Of a DNA stretch of 64,000 nt, positions 1 to 13,118 are shown in pieces (positions within the stretch are counted from its first letter, which is position 1; every line of letters begins with the position of its first letter). The stretch covers positions 9,486,001 through 9,550,000 of the forward strand of contig NC_135259.1 of the NCBI RefSeq assembly GCF_964204865.1, written 5' to 3'. Below the pieces are notes generated by a model. The model saw only the letters and a list, made by a program, of their open reading frames with translations. It made no database searches and was not told the origin of the DNA. A program made the position numbers and the translations under genes. The stretch is from Styela clava. Taxonomy: Eukaryota.

Positions 1-2632
1 ACAAGTCGTGCTCTTTAATAAACCAGGTGTACGGTTAACAATTCTGCCCTAGGTAAATTGAAACAGCTAAGGTGGAATTCCGTTTATAGTACTGATACGA
101 CAACGAAACGTCTGTTCGGTTCGTGATGACAGTCAGATTTTAATGCTGTAGACAAAGACAGCTGAGTAAAGATTAGTCTATCGTTAATTGATGTTGGATA
201 AACATTGTGTCAAAACAGTCATGAAATCCACATCAACTTGATCACACATATTTGCAGAGACATTGGTCGCTATCGTGATAACTCAACCATGACTGCTCAT
301 AGAAAAATTTTTTTTATTGCAATACTGCAAATTCATCAGATTTTAAGGATGATATGAGTTATTCAAGATATCATCACAAACTTGCGCGGTGTTTGTGGAA
401 TGAAATATGCCGAATTTACGAAATAAAGTCTGGAAAAACAGTACATTGTCTTTAATAGAAGATTCAGTTCTGAAAATCATGAAATATATGAGTATTTTTA
501 CCAGCAGTTTGAAGCAGATTAATTAAATGAGTGAGATATTTTCTACCTATATCATTTGACAGCAAGTGAACAGGGAGCGGCTGACTGCTCACGAGAAAGT
601 ATCGGTAAGAGGTGCTAAGTAAACACTCATCAATTACGCTTTATCAACCGGTTATCGTACGCCATTGTTTGATGCGCAGTCGGCCAATATTGACTCAGCA
701 CTTCTCAGGCAGATTCGGAAGGGTTTCGATGAATAACGTTAGCTACTTCAGCCACTGGAAAGTGGCATATAGACTTCTGGAAATGACGCCAACACTCAAA
801 CGACGCGTCATGCCAAGGGTATATCTTTTGTGGCACCAATGGCCCTTGAGAAATAATCTCTTCCGACGTTTGTTTAGTTTTCCTAAAATATTATATTTTC
901 TCCGAGACAAAATCCGTTATACTGTTAAGTTAATAAGTGTAATGACCTCGCCTAAGCTTTTAACTAAACTTTGACCTTCAATAGATGACAACAACTGAGC
1001 GCAAATTATTCAAATATAAAAATAGATCCATTTTTGATAAAGACTGTCTGTCTAGATCTAGAATTATCCATTTGCCTGGGACCTACTCCACTAAGTAGTT
1101 TTAACTTTTTGGTATATCGGCATAATATTATACAGTTCGTTCCAAACTGACTACTCTCTTGAGTTTTTTTCTACAATAACCAGCAAAATCGATATATTTG
1201 CTTCTTTTATGGAAGAATTTGTTTATTTTTACTCACATATTGACGTCATTTTCCCAATATCATAAACGCTACGTGGAGAGCTAAGTATTTGGCATTAAAC
1301 AAACTACTTTATACTTGCCTCGTTTACAGACGAAAATCAAAACAAGAAATAGGGGCTGGAAGAACTAATTAAGTACTTGCGAAAAGGTCCCTCGCCACAC
1401 GCAAAAGCGCCCTAATTTTTAATCAACATACCGCCCAACCCCAACCTAGGATTACACCAGGTGCTCTTGCTGGGCAAGGTTATCTATCCTATTTGTCTGA
1501 AAGATAAAATCTCTAATTAATTTTTGAAAATCGTAAATTTGACTTGCTTTCCGAGAAGTTTAGATTGAACCCGGCCAGGTCGAACCCAAATCTTATTTCT
1601 TTCAATCCCTGTTATAATCAACTTCTGAGGAAACACTGTTAATCTGCTTTTACGGTGCGAGATATGTCCTTTCCAGCCCGAAACTAAATATAGATCTAGA
1701 TACAACCCCAGATTAGTCCGATTTAAAACTCCGCAGAAACAAGATTAATTATCTTTCTAAACTAAAAATCACGTTCTAGTATTTTTAGAAAAATACGATA
1801 TGTAAATAGCTAATACTCTTTGCAAGATGATTAATTTTATACATTTGTTTGTTTCTTTTCATCCAAGGTTCGACGATCTGTCCAGTTGATACCGTACAAA
1901 CTGATTTCTCTTTTAATATTCAAAGTCTTCAACTACAACAAGTCATGAAGGGATGAACAGTGAAATGCGCACTTTCAATGAGTTTCTCCTGAGTTCTTAC
2001 CCAGACATAATGCCCCATTGGCTTTATGGCGTAAACACTTTTTGGTAGATGGATATTCAACAGCTTTCATCTTCCTTGTGCTATATTTTATGGCCTTTTT
2101 TGCTATTTTGTAATATTAATTGCTAATATGCATGAACGTTTATAGGATTTTGTGAAAGCATATTTTGTGGTCAACACACCCCATATGTGAGGCAATTAAC
2201 AGATTATAATGGAAAGTGTATATTTTTAACCTTTCACGAGTGTTTGTCCGCAGACTTTTTTTGCCCGAAATTAAATAGTAGTGGTTGAACAACTGGGTAA
2301 AGAAGATGTGTTTATCATCAACCAATATGTTTATAACTGGACACGTTTTTTCGGACACAAAAATGAAAATAAGTAAATACAATCAAACCGACAGATAACA
2401 ATGATATACAAATCCGACAGTGATTCTAAAACTTCCAGATGTCCCGGTTTATTTGGCAACGAAGAGTCAAATGTTTGTTCAGCTATCCACCAAGGCTAGA
2501 ATGGAACATTGCATAGCTGAATATCTCCCGTAAATAGGTTATAGGCATACGTTAAACAGTGACATAAAGGTATAATATTTGTCGTACACGTAATCATGTG
2601 CATTTAAAAAGTACAAAACTAAAAAGGGTAAA

Positions 2633-2970
2633 AACTAGATAGCGATCGGAGATCGGCAAAATATCGATCTGTGGTTTCGATTCCTTCGCTCTGACTCAAT
2701 AGCGAAACCGCGTGTCCTATCACTAATTGATCAATAACTCGCTAATTATACGACATAATTCATCCAAATAGGCTTCTGGTCCGAGATATGATGAATGCAC
2801 ACGCAAAAATTGGAACAGATTCAACCTCGCTTTCGTAAATATCGCGTAACATACGAAAGTGTCTAACAGACAAACACCTATCGATATACTTACCGATCTC
2901 AAGATCGATAAGTAACAAACAAACAGAAAAATACCTATCAACATACTTACCAATCGAGATCGATAAGTAA
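2633..2970. mobile_element. Helentron/DINE-1-like non-autonomous element with duplicated terminal module
   Basis: Subterminal inverted repeat ATCGGCAAAATATCGAT (about 2652) versus ATCGATATACTTACCGAT (about 2880). Short hairpins CGATCGGAGATCG and CGATCTCAAGATCG. ACAG/ACAA microsatellite-like run and A-rich flanks. The last ~55 bp are tandemly duplicated (about 2865-2915 and 2922-2970). Confidence 0.5.
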
Positions 2971-5900
2971 TAAATTGAATTACATATAAGTCTCCAAAAG
3001 TACAAGACTGAAGACGCGTAAGACCAAACGTAAGGTAGTCGAATCAGGCATCGCCTAAGTAAGGTTTATAAAAATGCCCAAATTTTTATATCTGTATATT
3101 TGGGAATCGATATATATATATATATTATTCTATTACGTCAATATGTGGAAGCAATTAGAACGGCGCCGGCAGAAATATGCACAAAGTTACAGACGCTAAA
3201 GTTTTTTCATGTCAAGCACTGCGAAGTAAGACGGCTGAAAAATTCAATTAACTTCAAAAATTTGACAAGTCACAGACCATAGTAGATAGAATTAGGCCTC
3301 CTGTGTCCTGATTAACTCTAATCGATGCGCGTCTGATTTATAAAACAAGGAATAACTTTTTTTCCTTATACGCCGGCCGAACGCGAAAAGTGGTAAAGCA
3401 CAGCGTTGTCCGTTTTGGATGAAAAAATTGTTCGTCATTGTAAATGGAATATGAGCATGGAATATGCATCTTTATATCTAAATTTTCATGGTAATTTCTT
3501 TATATGTGCTTTTATATAAAAACAACCTCTGGGTTATTATCGTATAAAATCGTAGGACTGATTACTTTACTTTAGAAATATATGAAAAAGTTAAGCTTAT
3601 CAAGTTGCTTTTTTGATAATTGTTCCACTAACTTGCTCTAGTCACCTGTCTAGTATAGCGAATTGTCTATCGAAAAACGTTTTTGTCAGGGATCTATAAT
3701 AAATATAGGCATTTAAATTGAGACTTTAAGGTGTTGCATTTCTCAGAAGACAGCAACAGGCGTTAAAACGTGCTTTATCTTTGTATCATGTTACTCCAAA
3801 TTTCTCCTCGAAAATGATCTCAAATTACATAGGATTTGACACGAAAGTAACAAATTGTAGAGCTTTGTGGTTTTGGTTAGTCTGTTAATTTAATCCTTTA
3901 TTTCAATATTGCACCATTGTTTTGCTCGATCTATGTAGATTGTAGAGTAACAAATGCTTTTTAGAAAACAATAGAATGCACTTAGATACAGGCCATTTAT
4001 CAAAGTCAAAGCCAATGTTTGGTACATTTAGTATATGCTGTCTGCTTTGCAAGTAGGCTACCAATGGGCGGACGCATTGAGGTAACTTCCATTTTGGGGG
4101 TTCTCTAGCGCCGAATAGTTCAGATAATTAACCCACTCACAATACATTCCCCAGCGCAGAGTATTATCGTGTGGTAATATAAGTTGAAATTTCGTACTTA
4201 AATTGCTGGCCATCCCTAACTTCATAACACATACATCTAACTAACTCTATATCCAAAACATGCGTAGTATTTTAGGGCACTAGCTTGGATTAGCGCACAC
4301 ATGGACCATTGCTAATTCGCCACCAGCCGCGGATCGAGGTTGGACGTTGTTGCTGGTAATTTATTCTACAAGCTTTGATAAAATAGGTATAAAACATATA
4401 CAAGAACGGGTATTTAAATTTGTTATTACAGAGTACCCGAATTTTTAAATTTATGATATTTCTCAATTTTGAGGACTTATTATAATTATGTTTTAGTTTT
4501 CAACATTTTTTTTCTTTGTTGTGGCTGTAATCATCGCAGTCAACCACATGACATGTCCACTTATTGCAAATCCTTTTTTTGGTGTCTGCCATGAACTGAA
4601 ATTAAAACATAGATTCTGCTAAAATGACTTTAAATTCATCCAACTGCCGTCAGTCATGCATAAATCGTCGCATTGGACATTCGAATTTGAATTTTGTACG
4701 CCAATCTTATACGATAATTCAATTAAAGTAAACGAGACTACTAAATTGAATACGATTTTAAATTGCACGTACTAGGTAAGGTAAATATATGTTTCCTGCT
4801 ACCTTAATTTAGTAGGGAACCACATTAACTGTACAATGCACGACAGAAACTCGAGCAAATCACGGGTATACCAATGATTTGTTTTTTGTCTACCAAATTG
4901 TGCTGCAAGAAATATGCATTATTGTATTAAAATCCGAATAATCCTTGAAACATTAGTTTGCTAATTATCTTCTTCTGGTGAAAGCAAGCGAATTTAGTAT
5001 TAAATGGGTATTCGTGCACACAATTGCTCACATTCCCTAACGAATCAGGAAACTTACGACCCCGAATAATAAATTTCACGCCTATTTAATCCCCCGGACC
5101 GGATAACTTCACAATTAGCTGCGCTTGGTTAGTTTAATCGCAAGCACTTAAGCAGCTTTAATCTTTTTGAGCTGTACCGGACGAAAGAAGCTTAACGTGG
5201 CAAAACTAAAAAAACGGTTCACACAGCCAACAAGATACGAACCGGGATGTTGTAACAATACATAAGATATTTATGAATCTCCTTCTCTTAGACTGTTCAA
5301 AAGAGATTGCCAAATATCATTTGGACGTAAACAAGATCCAACTCAAGCGAGACGATGCGAGATAAATTAATTCTACATCTAAAGTTGGTTATATGTGCCT
5401 CCCAAAGAAGAAAATTTAATGCGTTATTTTCTCCGTTTGTAACAGCTTTGATAAAAATCCCATTAGTATTTTGTCAGTCCCTTCGTAATATTCTTAGTAT
5501 TAAATTTTCCTGTAATGATAACACATTCGCATTTTAGACACGCTGAACAACGTCGTGGACTCGCCTCGAACACGTTTTTCTTGTCATGTGGCTGCCTTTT
5601 ATTTATAGAGATGATGTGAGTACTTTGCAAAAACATATGCTCGACTTTATTAATTTCTATTTCACAATAGTTTTTTCATCTGACACAAAAGGTTATGAAA
5701 ACTAGTCACATTGTTTTAGCGTATTACAGCGTTTTAATTTACTTGTTCGTTTTTATAAATTGCTACCAACAGTCCAACACAGCCAATTTTCCGTGTGAAT
5801 AGGACAAGACATTCTGAAACGTCACATAACTGATGGCTAAATATCATAAAAAATATTATATAGAAAATTAGCATTTTAGAGTCTTAGCGTAGATTGAGGA

Positions 5901-8900
5901 TATATTGAAATAACCAAAACGGATGATATGTGTAGACGTGGAAAAGGCACAATTGGGACGAACAAAACACTAATATAGCCGGTTGCTTACTCTAAGATGC
6001 CAAAATTGTTGTTTCGGCTATCTTTTTTCAGAAGTCTGAACATTTGCCCCTTGTGATCTTCCACTCTAATACCATAAAAGCGAATCAGCTTCCCTGAAGG
6101 CAACTCCTAAACTTCTTTGTAAAAGCTTGTGCGTAGCAGAAATCTTGTCTCATCGGTAACTTGTGTGGGTACACTTTATAAGGAATAAGACAAATTTTGC
6201 ATGTCACAAAGATGTCGTGTTTCACTTTTTAAAACACTTATCCCACGTTTGTCCCTCGTGCACTACTAGTCTGAGTTAGGGTAGATATATATTATGGGAT
6301 AAATGATTAAAGTGAGCATATAGAGTTGGATTCGTGTTATATTCTTGGTTAGGATAGATGTATGATACTTTGGTGGCAGAAGGTTATTCATATACGGTGA
6401 GATTCGTTCAAGTGGGACACGACGCTTTTGAGATAACCCGGATTTTTAGCTATAATTGATACGAAATCGTTGACGTATTTTAAATTTTGCCTGAGTCGAG
6501 GGTCTGAGTCAGAGCATGATTTTGGAAGAAAACAGAAAATGCCTTGTAAACGGTAGGAGTCCTTTTCTCTGGCCTTGATTTATTACTGAAAAAATGACCT
6601 TGAAAAACAAGAAAATATTCCATTTCAGCTTCGAAATTGGAATTGCAAATATGACTTTATGACTTAGGATTATATTTGTAAATTTTCTTTTTTTTTTTAT
6701 TTGAAACAGGGTTGCCCAGAAGGGCTGGTATTGTAATATAAATTCAAAATTATTAATTTTTGCTTTGGTGGAAACCTTTCAGAAAACGCACCTTTTGATC
6801 AAGTTATAACCATGCTGGACATAACGTAACTTCCAACTCTCGAAATAGAATTTGACCGCAATCCGTCCAAGTCCATTAAACAGTTAAGTCATATATCATG
6901 ATTAAAATTCCTATGCACTCTTAGTTAACCTATAGGTTAGCAACTTTTCCCGTCTAACGGAACCGCCATCATTATTGCACTAAATAATTAGTACTGCAGC
7001 GGCGCGGCACACAGTTCATTATCGCTGTTAAACCGCCAAAAAATTTCGTCAGTGTTTTATTTGTTTGTTTGCGGTTGGACAACGAAAAAGTTGTAAAGCA
7101 CATGTTAAATTTCACAACATTTGCCAATAATATGAAAACGATACGGGGTATTGTACATAGTTGTAACATTTTGCCCACTCCAAATAACAAATTATATAGC
7201 GTGCTGATTTTGGGTATTCGAGCCGGTAACGTTTTTTTAAAACTCACTTCGTAATTTCGTCGGGGTCGTCAGATTATTAATATTGGAGGTGAAATCTAAG
7301 ATTGAATTTGAAAGGCTTTTAAAGGCTTTCACAAATTTTGCGCTACGCGGTCAGTATTCTAGGCTCAACGCGTGATTTTGAATCTGGAGACTACGGTCAT
7401 TCAGCTTCATACAAAGGCTCCATACAAATCAAATTACGTTTGAGAATACATTTTGGTTTTGTGAATGGTATTACTTCATCCAACCCTTCCTGTGATTAAA
7501 GTCACAGATCTGAAAGTATCAGTAAACAGGGAAGAGATAAATGTATTCTCCTGCGCATTAGATGAGATGCAAAATATACTTTAACAGTCCACGAAACATC
7601 ACGTTTTATTTTCCCATGTTAATTAAGTGAAAATATTTCTACGAAAATTGGGAACAGTTGTCTCGCCGTAAATTTAAAATCTATATGATAGCAAAAGATC
7701 GAATCTGGCCGTTGATATTCATTAATTTACTGTAAAAGCTTCCGAAAAGGCTAATTCGACCAATAACTATGCTTTTGCGCACTTATAAGCCACTAATTTG
7801 AAAATAGTGAGCGTGGGGTAAATCTATTATAAAGCCTTTTTTTGCTTAAATTTATCCAGGGTAAGCAAATTTGCGTATGCTTAAAGTGCTTTTACTGAAA
7901 ACAATAATTTGCTGCACTATTGTTTGCCTGTCTGATCACTGAGAGACACTTCTAAACAAAAAGTGGAACTTAGTGTTATCGGAACGTAAATTTAACGGTG
8001 TAAAGGAAGTATTTCTTGTATTTTGCCGTCAGTCTAAGCAACATAGCATTTTATGTGACATCCGTTCGCGCTGTTTGTTCTTTATTCTTCACTTAACATG
8101 AGAATTCACTACATTTAGTAACTGTAAATTGCAATTATTAATAGGTGAAATACTTATTCCTTCATAGATAATTGAATTGGTATAAGCTGAGCTGTTTGTA
8201 TATGCCACGTTATTTTTTTGGTTATAGACTTGTCTTACGATAAAAGCTATGTTGTCTATTCCAGTACAGGGATTTTGATTAATGACTTGCAATCGCCTAA
8301 CCACAAACCAGGTGCATGTGGTGTAAATCAGTGCTAAGAATATATATTATTTTAGTACGAAATTTACTTATTTTGAAACTGAAGTTGTTTTTTATATAAA
8401 TAAGCTAAGTTTTTATTTATTTGAGTTTCAACTGTTCGTATTTCTGTAAAGCTGTGTTTACTTTACTAATTAAAGAGTACAGATAAATTAGATGAAAATA
8501 AATAATTCGATAAGTGGAAAGGAGAACATTTCCTCAATGGATTTCAAAGATTTTGATCGTGTCATTAGGCTTGCAATTAACAAATAAAATGCTGAAAAAG
8601 TCGTGCATTTGTGGTCAGAAGTGATTAGTAGTCAGGATTTTAATTTGACAAATTCTCACCTGCAAGCGGATGGTAATTTGTATTTTCACCATAGAAACCT
8701 ATCAATTATTGCGTAAACTACTATTTTAATCTAGTTTCAGCTTAACGACAAACCTTCTAATCAAGGTAATCAATGTGCTGCATACAAAATCGTTGTCGCA
8801 AAATTGCTGGTATTACGGATATTGTTTGTATTATCATGCCGCTTGTGATTATGGAACGTGATGCAAAGTGTGTATAAGATTTACATGGCGACCAAACGTC

Positions 8901-10959
8901 AACTCCCAAATCGAGTGCGGCTTCATTCAAATTTTTGGACCTATTGTTTTTATAGTGGCTGGCTGGGAATGAGCTGAAAATTGACTAATTTCTATTGCGG
9001 TATGGAATCAAACATTTGAAATATATTTTTTTTTTTACGCTCGCCTAGTTGTTAACGCAGTTTGGTAATACTTTACACTCAATTCCTGGCGCACCGCCTA
9101 ATTCAGGACGTCGATAAAATTGTGTAGGCTATGATGTTACGAGGTAATTTCCGACTTCAAAATATTATAATGCTCGTGCCGTGCCTTTTACAAAACAAAG
9201 GCCTTAGAACAATTCAAAATCATAGCGGTGATTTTGAATTTTCTACCATTTCGGTGTGCAGTGATAATTTCGAATTATTTTACTTGAGTGGATGTTTGTG
9301 ACCTTAGATTTAAGTACGCTCCTATTCAAAATTCGATGTTTTGCCATTCTTCTGATGAAATAAATTTGCGTCATTTCGTTTTTATATTAACACCGTCGCC
9401 ACAGATTGCAATGATCCCGAATCAGTTCTAAAATATTTTATATCAGAAGAGGATTTCATACTTCCATCACTTCTGTTTTATTTAAAAGCAAACTATTGAT
9501 TTCAAAACATCTAACGATTTTTATATTGATCCGATTCCAATTTTTTTCAAATTGTAAAAGAAAACAAAATCGTCACGAAACAACCTTATGGATCGCTTTG
9601 CAAAATTGTTGTTCTTGCTTTTGAAGATGTTGCTGAGAACAAAGCGATTTTTTCCAATGAATCGAGCGATTTTAAATTTTCATTTCTTAAATTAAAGTAA
9701 ATATAAAGTTTTTACTTCGATTTAAGTTCAAGTGTTAACTGAGTCTCACATGGTCCGATATCCACCTCCAAAATTACAGATTTTATAATTCATGAAGATC
9801 TTTTTATGACAACGGGTATCTACATTCATATGACGTCTGGTACATTTTATTTTGATTTCCCTGGATTTTGCTGACATTGTGGTGGTACTTTGACTTTCGT
9901 GTGCATATATTTGAGCATACACTCTTGTTATTCTGCGAGATGTTTATTACTCACAACTGCCTCTTGTGGGTAAAAATTCTAGAAAATCGACTGTCGAATA
10001 GCGAACTAAATGCATCATCAAGATTTTCAATTTTAACGGATACAAACTAAATTAAAATTTCACAGACCTCCGATAATAGACCAAGAAAGCAATGCTTTGT
10101 TATTGTTTTTTCGTGCTAAACATACAACCTATGAAGTGGGTATTTCTACCATAAAAACATTCAAATGTCATGTTTTTGCTTTCAAGGGTGTTGAAACTTG
10201 TATATTTATGTAATTACGAATATTGGTAATTTTTGTGGCATTTGCAAAAATTTTACCAAAATCATGCTTCATTGCTCGAAGACTTTTAGCTAAGTTTTGT
10301 TAATTGAACCCAAACAGTTGCCATAAATTTTATTCATTATCCCTTTCCTTCGTCTAGCCATAGTTAGTCGTTGAGCGCTCAGAATCGGTTTAGTTTCATG
10401 ACAAGCAAATAGAAATTTAAAAAGATATTTTCTCAATTGTATATCAATCGGATTGATTATACTATGTGATAAAGATGCTAACGATAAATAATTACGCCAG
10501 GGTTTCAAATAAATAGTTGATCTGGCTTAAATTTTAAATTGTGTTAGGTCTTCAAACCACGGAACTGTTTACCTATCTTCTCTACAAAAGCTACTTGCGA
10601 ATTATGTGGAAACAATGAATTTTTATGCTACAACAATTTCAATTTCCTAACCTTGGATCTTGTAATTAGTTGTTTTTACAATTATTTTTTTATTAAAGTT
10701 TCCTATTTTCATTTTGCAATTTGGTGCTTTAGAAACATTGCAATCCCTAATTTATGAATTTTGACTGACATACATTGCAGATCAGCCGTGTTAGCCAACG
10801 TATACTTTGCCGACCCGTGACCTATGGTGGGCGGTGGCATACACGCGACAAAGTGACAACTGCGATCTTAATATTTATGAGAAGAGTAATTTTTTGTGTG
10901 ATATATTCGCCATGTTTCACAATGTGAATTCTAGCAAAATGGATGACTATGCTATAGCA

Positions 10960-11411
10960 CAGGGCTGTGTAAACTGCGGCCCACAAGAAAAAATTGTGCG
11001 GCCCGCGGAGAAGTACCAATTTTGAATGGTGTGGCCGCGAAACGAGATCTTAGTTCAGTTAATCTAGTATGTGCGAGCAATTCCCATCCCTTTGCGTCGC
11101 AAAGCCTATACCAGTGCCACTGTTATATCAGCTAAAGTAGCTAACAAAATTCTGTTGTAAAATGCACAATGTTATAAAAACGTGTTTCTCACTGAATTCG
11201 TTTAATGTCAGTGTGATAATAAATTTGAATAGAGGTTTTCTTTAGAAACTTATGCGTTTTGACCATTTCTGCAACGACCTCTAACAATTCCGTAAGATCA
11301 GTAACAAAGTGCGTTCAACTATAGAAACCCATCTTAAAAAAGGGCTGCGGTCCGCGGTTTCCCTTATTTACTTGTATCTGACCTTCCTGTAATAAAAGTT
11401 GCACACACTTG
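10960..11411. mobile_element. Non-autonomous hAT (Buster/Charlie-type) MITE, about 450 bp
   Basis: Imperfect TIRs CAGGGCTGTGTAAACT / AGTTGCACACACTTG, subterminal TGCGGCCC-type motifs, and 8-bp TSD CTATAGCA (10952-10959) / CTGTAGCA (11412-11419) with central TA. Confidence 0.8.
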
Positions 11412-12748
11412 CTGTAGCAGATTAAACATTCTTGCACATGTAAGATATTTTAGAGTAAAATATGGTACAATTGATCGGATAAATATTGTTTGATGTTTAC
11501 GTGGTTCATTTACATCATCCCTGCGAGACGCCATTTGCTGGGGCCTACTTTTTGATGATTTGTAATCATCCAGACGATTTTAAAACTCGGGGTATTTTGC
11601 TTTGTCCACAATATTTTGTCATCCGCTCTTGAAAAGGTATAACTAACTGTAACCGTTTTCTTTTTCTCTCCAAGTACTCATGAGACGCTATGAGCAAAAA
11701 ATAACGCGAGAAATAAATCACGGCATATAGGCGTGAGAAAACAATATATACCCCGAGACAAAATATGGTTCACTCGGAATAACCCATTTGAACTAGTTTT
11801 GATCAGCACCTTCATAAAAACTGCCAAAGGAAATGGATTTCACAGAGCAGAGTTCTGAAACTGTATCAAAAACATTTTCTTGGGCGTAATGTAGTTTCAT
11901 GTTTTCTTCGTTTTTATTTGCACTTCATTGGACATACTGATTCCGGAGTTTGAACTTAGTGCTGCTCAGAATTTGTTTTGAGTATTTTATCGTAGAAAAT
12001 AGATTCCCTAAAACAACCGAAAAACTGAAATCCACAATAACTTCAACAAATATCAATATTCATATTTATTTTATTTATCATCTAAATTACAAATTATTAA
12101 CACTTTTATGTGATAAACAAAATTCATCTTATTAAATATGATTTTATCGGCATTTGGAACATTTGCACAAAGCATTTGTAAACAAGCGAGGGTTAAGAGT
12201 TTTTTTACGCAACAAACGTCAAAATAACAAAAAAATCATTTATCAGATAAAATATCATCGCAAACATTTAAAAAAGGATAAAATGAGGCATCGGAATACA
12301 TGATTTCTTACTGTCGCTTGCCAAAATTAATTCATCATCTATTTTCATGTAAAAACGGGGAGGGGAGGAGCTAAAACGGAAAATTTCGTGAATACGTAAA
12401 CATGAATAAATTAATTATCAATAATCAATTAATTATCAATGTTGTGAATAACGTATGGAATGCATGCGTATACAAAATTCTCTTTTCCGGGGTCAGAGAA
12501 CACGATGAATTTTAATTCTTAAAAATATAAAATGGATTCTTTATGTGAACTCCTGCGTCCCATTCTTTGTTATTTCTTGTTTAGTACGTTGGATTCCAGA
12601 TCTTTCTTTCGTCGTTACTGTAATAGGATAAAATGGGTAATGTAGTTAAACATAGTTTTTGAATTTTAAAAGATACAGTGAGCAATATATATATATTTAT
12701 ATAAATGTTGAAATTTTTTGTTGGATACTACTCAGAAAATACATCAGC

Positions 12749-13118
12749 TCAAATTCTGAATGATCTTAAGAACAATTCCCTTCATTATAATTGTTCCAAT
12801 AAGGTTGCTATTTTTATACATTATGTATATTCAACGGCTCAACAATATAATATGCCCGATTTTTTATTGTTGATTTGTGTACGATGTGACACGTTTCATT
12901 CATCAGTTATTGGTGTAAATTTTCATTACCAGGCGTATATTTAATTCACTCCTAATTCAAATTAATTCAATTAATTTAATAAATCAATAATAAATTAATA
13001 GATTTTATTATAATAATAAATTAATTAATTTAATTCAAATTTTAAATGATCTTAAGAACAATTCCCTTTTCCATCATTGTTCCAATAAGGTTGCTATTTT
13101 GATACATTACGTATAGAT
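12749..13118. repeat. Direct repeat of ~80 bp flanking an AT-rich low-complexity spacer
   Basis: TCAAATT..AATGATCTTAAGAACAATTCCCTT..TTGTTCCAATAAGGTTGCTATTTT.ATACATTA.GTATA at about 12749-12830 and 13035-13118. Confidence 0.85.

Noticed and set aside
200-974. ORF 612-974 and neighbouring coding-looking frames
   Set aside because: No recognisable domain, non-ATG start, and the other frames have multiple stops. At most a decayed gene or transposon fragment.
2723-3005. Hydrophobic ORFs with repeated SISIG / IGKY.DR
   Set aside because: Translation of the duplicated terminal module of a repeat element.
4081-6420. Degenerate TAACCC/GTTAGG-containing segments (about 4081-4320 and 6250-6420; similar ones at about 1385-1490 and 23770-23870)
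   Set aside because: Probably old MITE remnants, but termini and TSDs cannot be defined.
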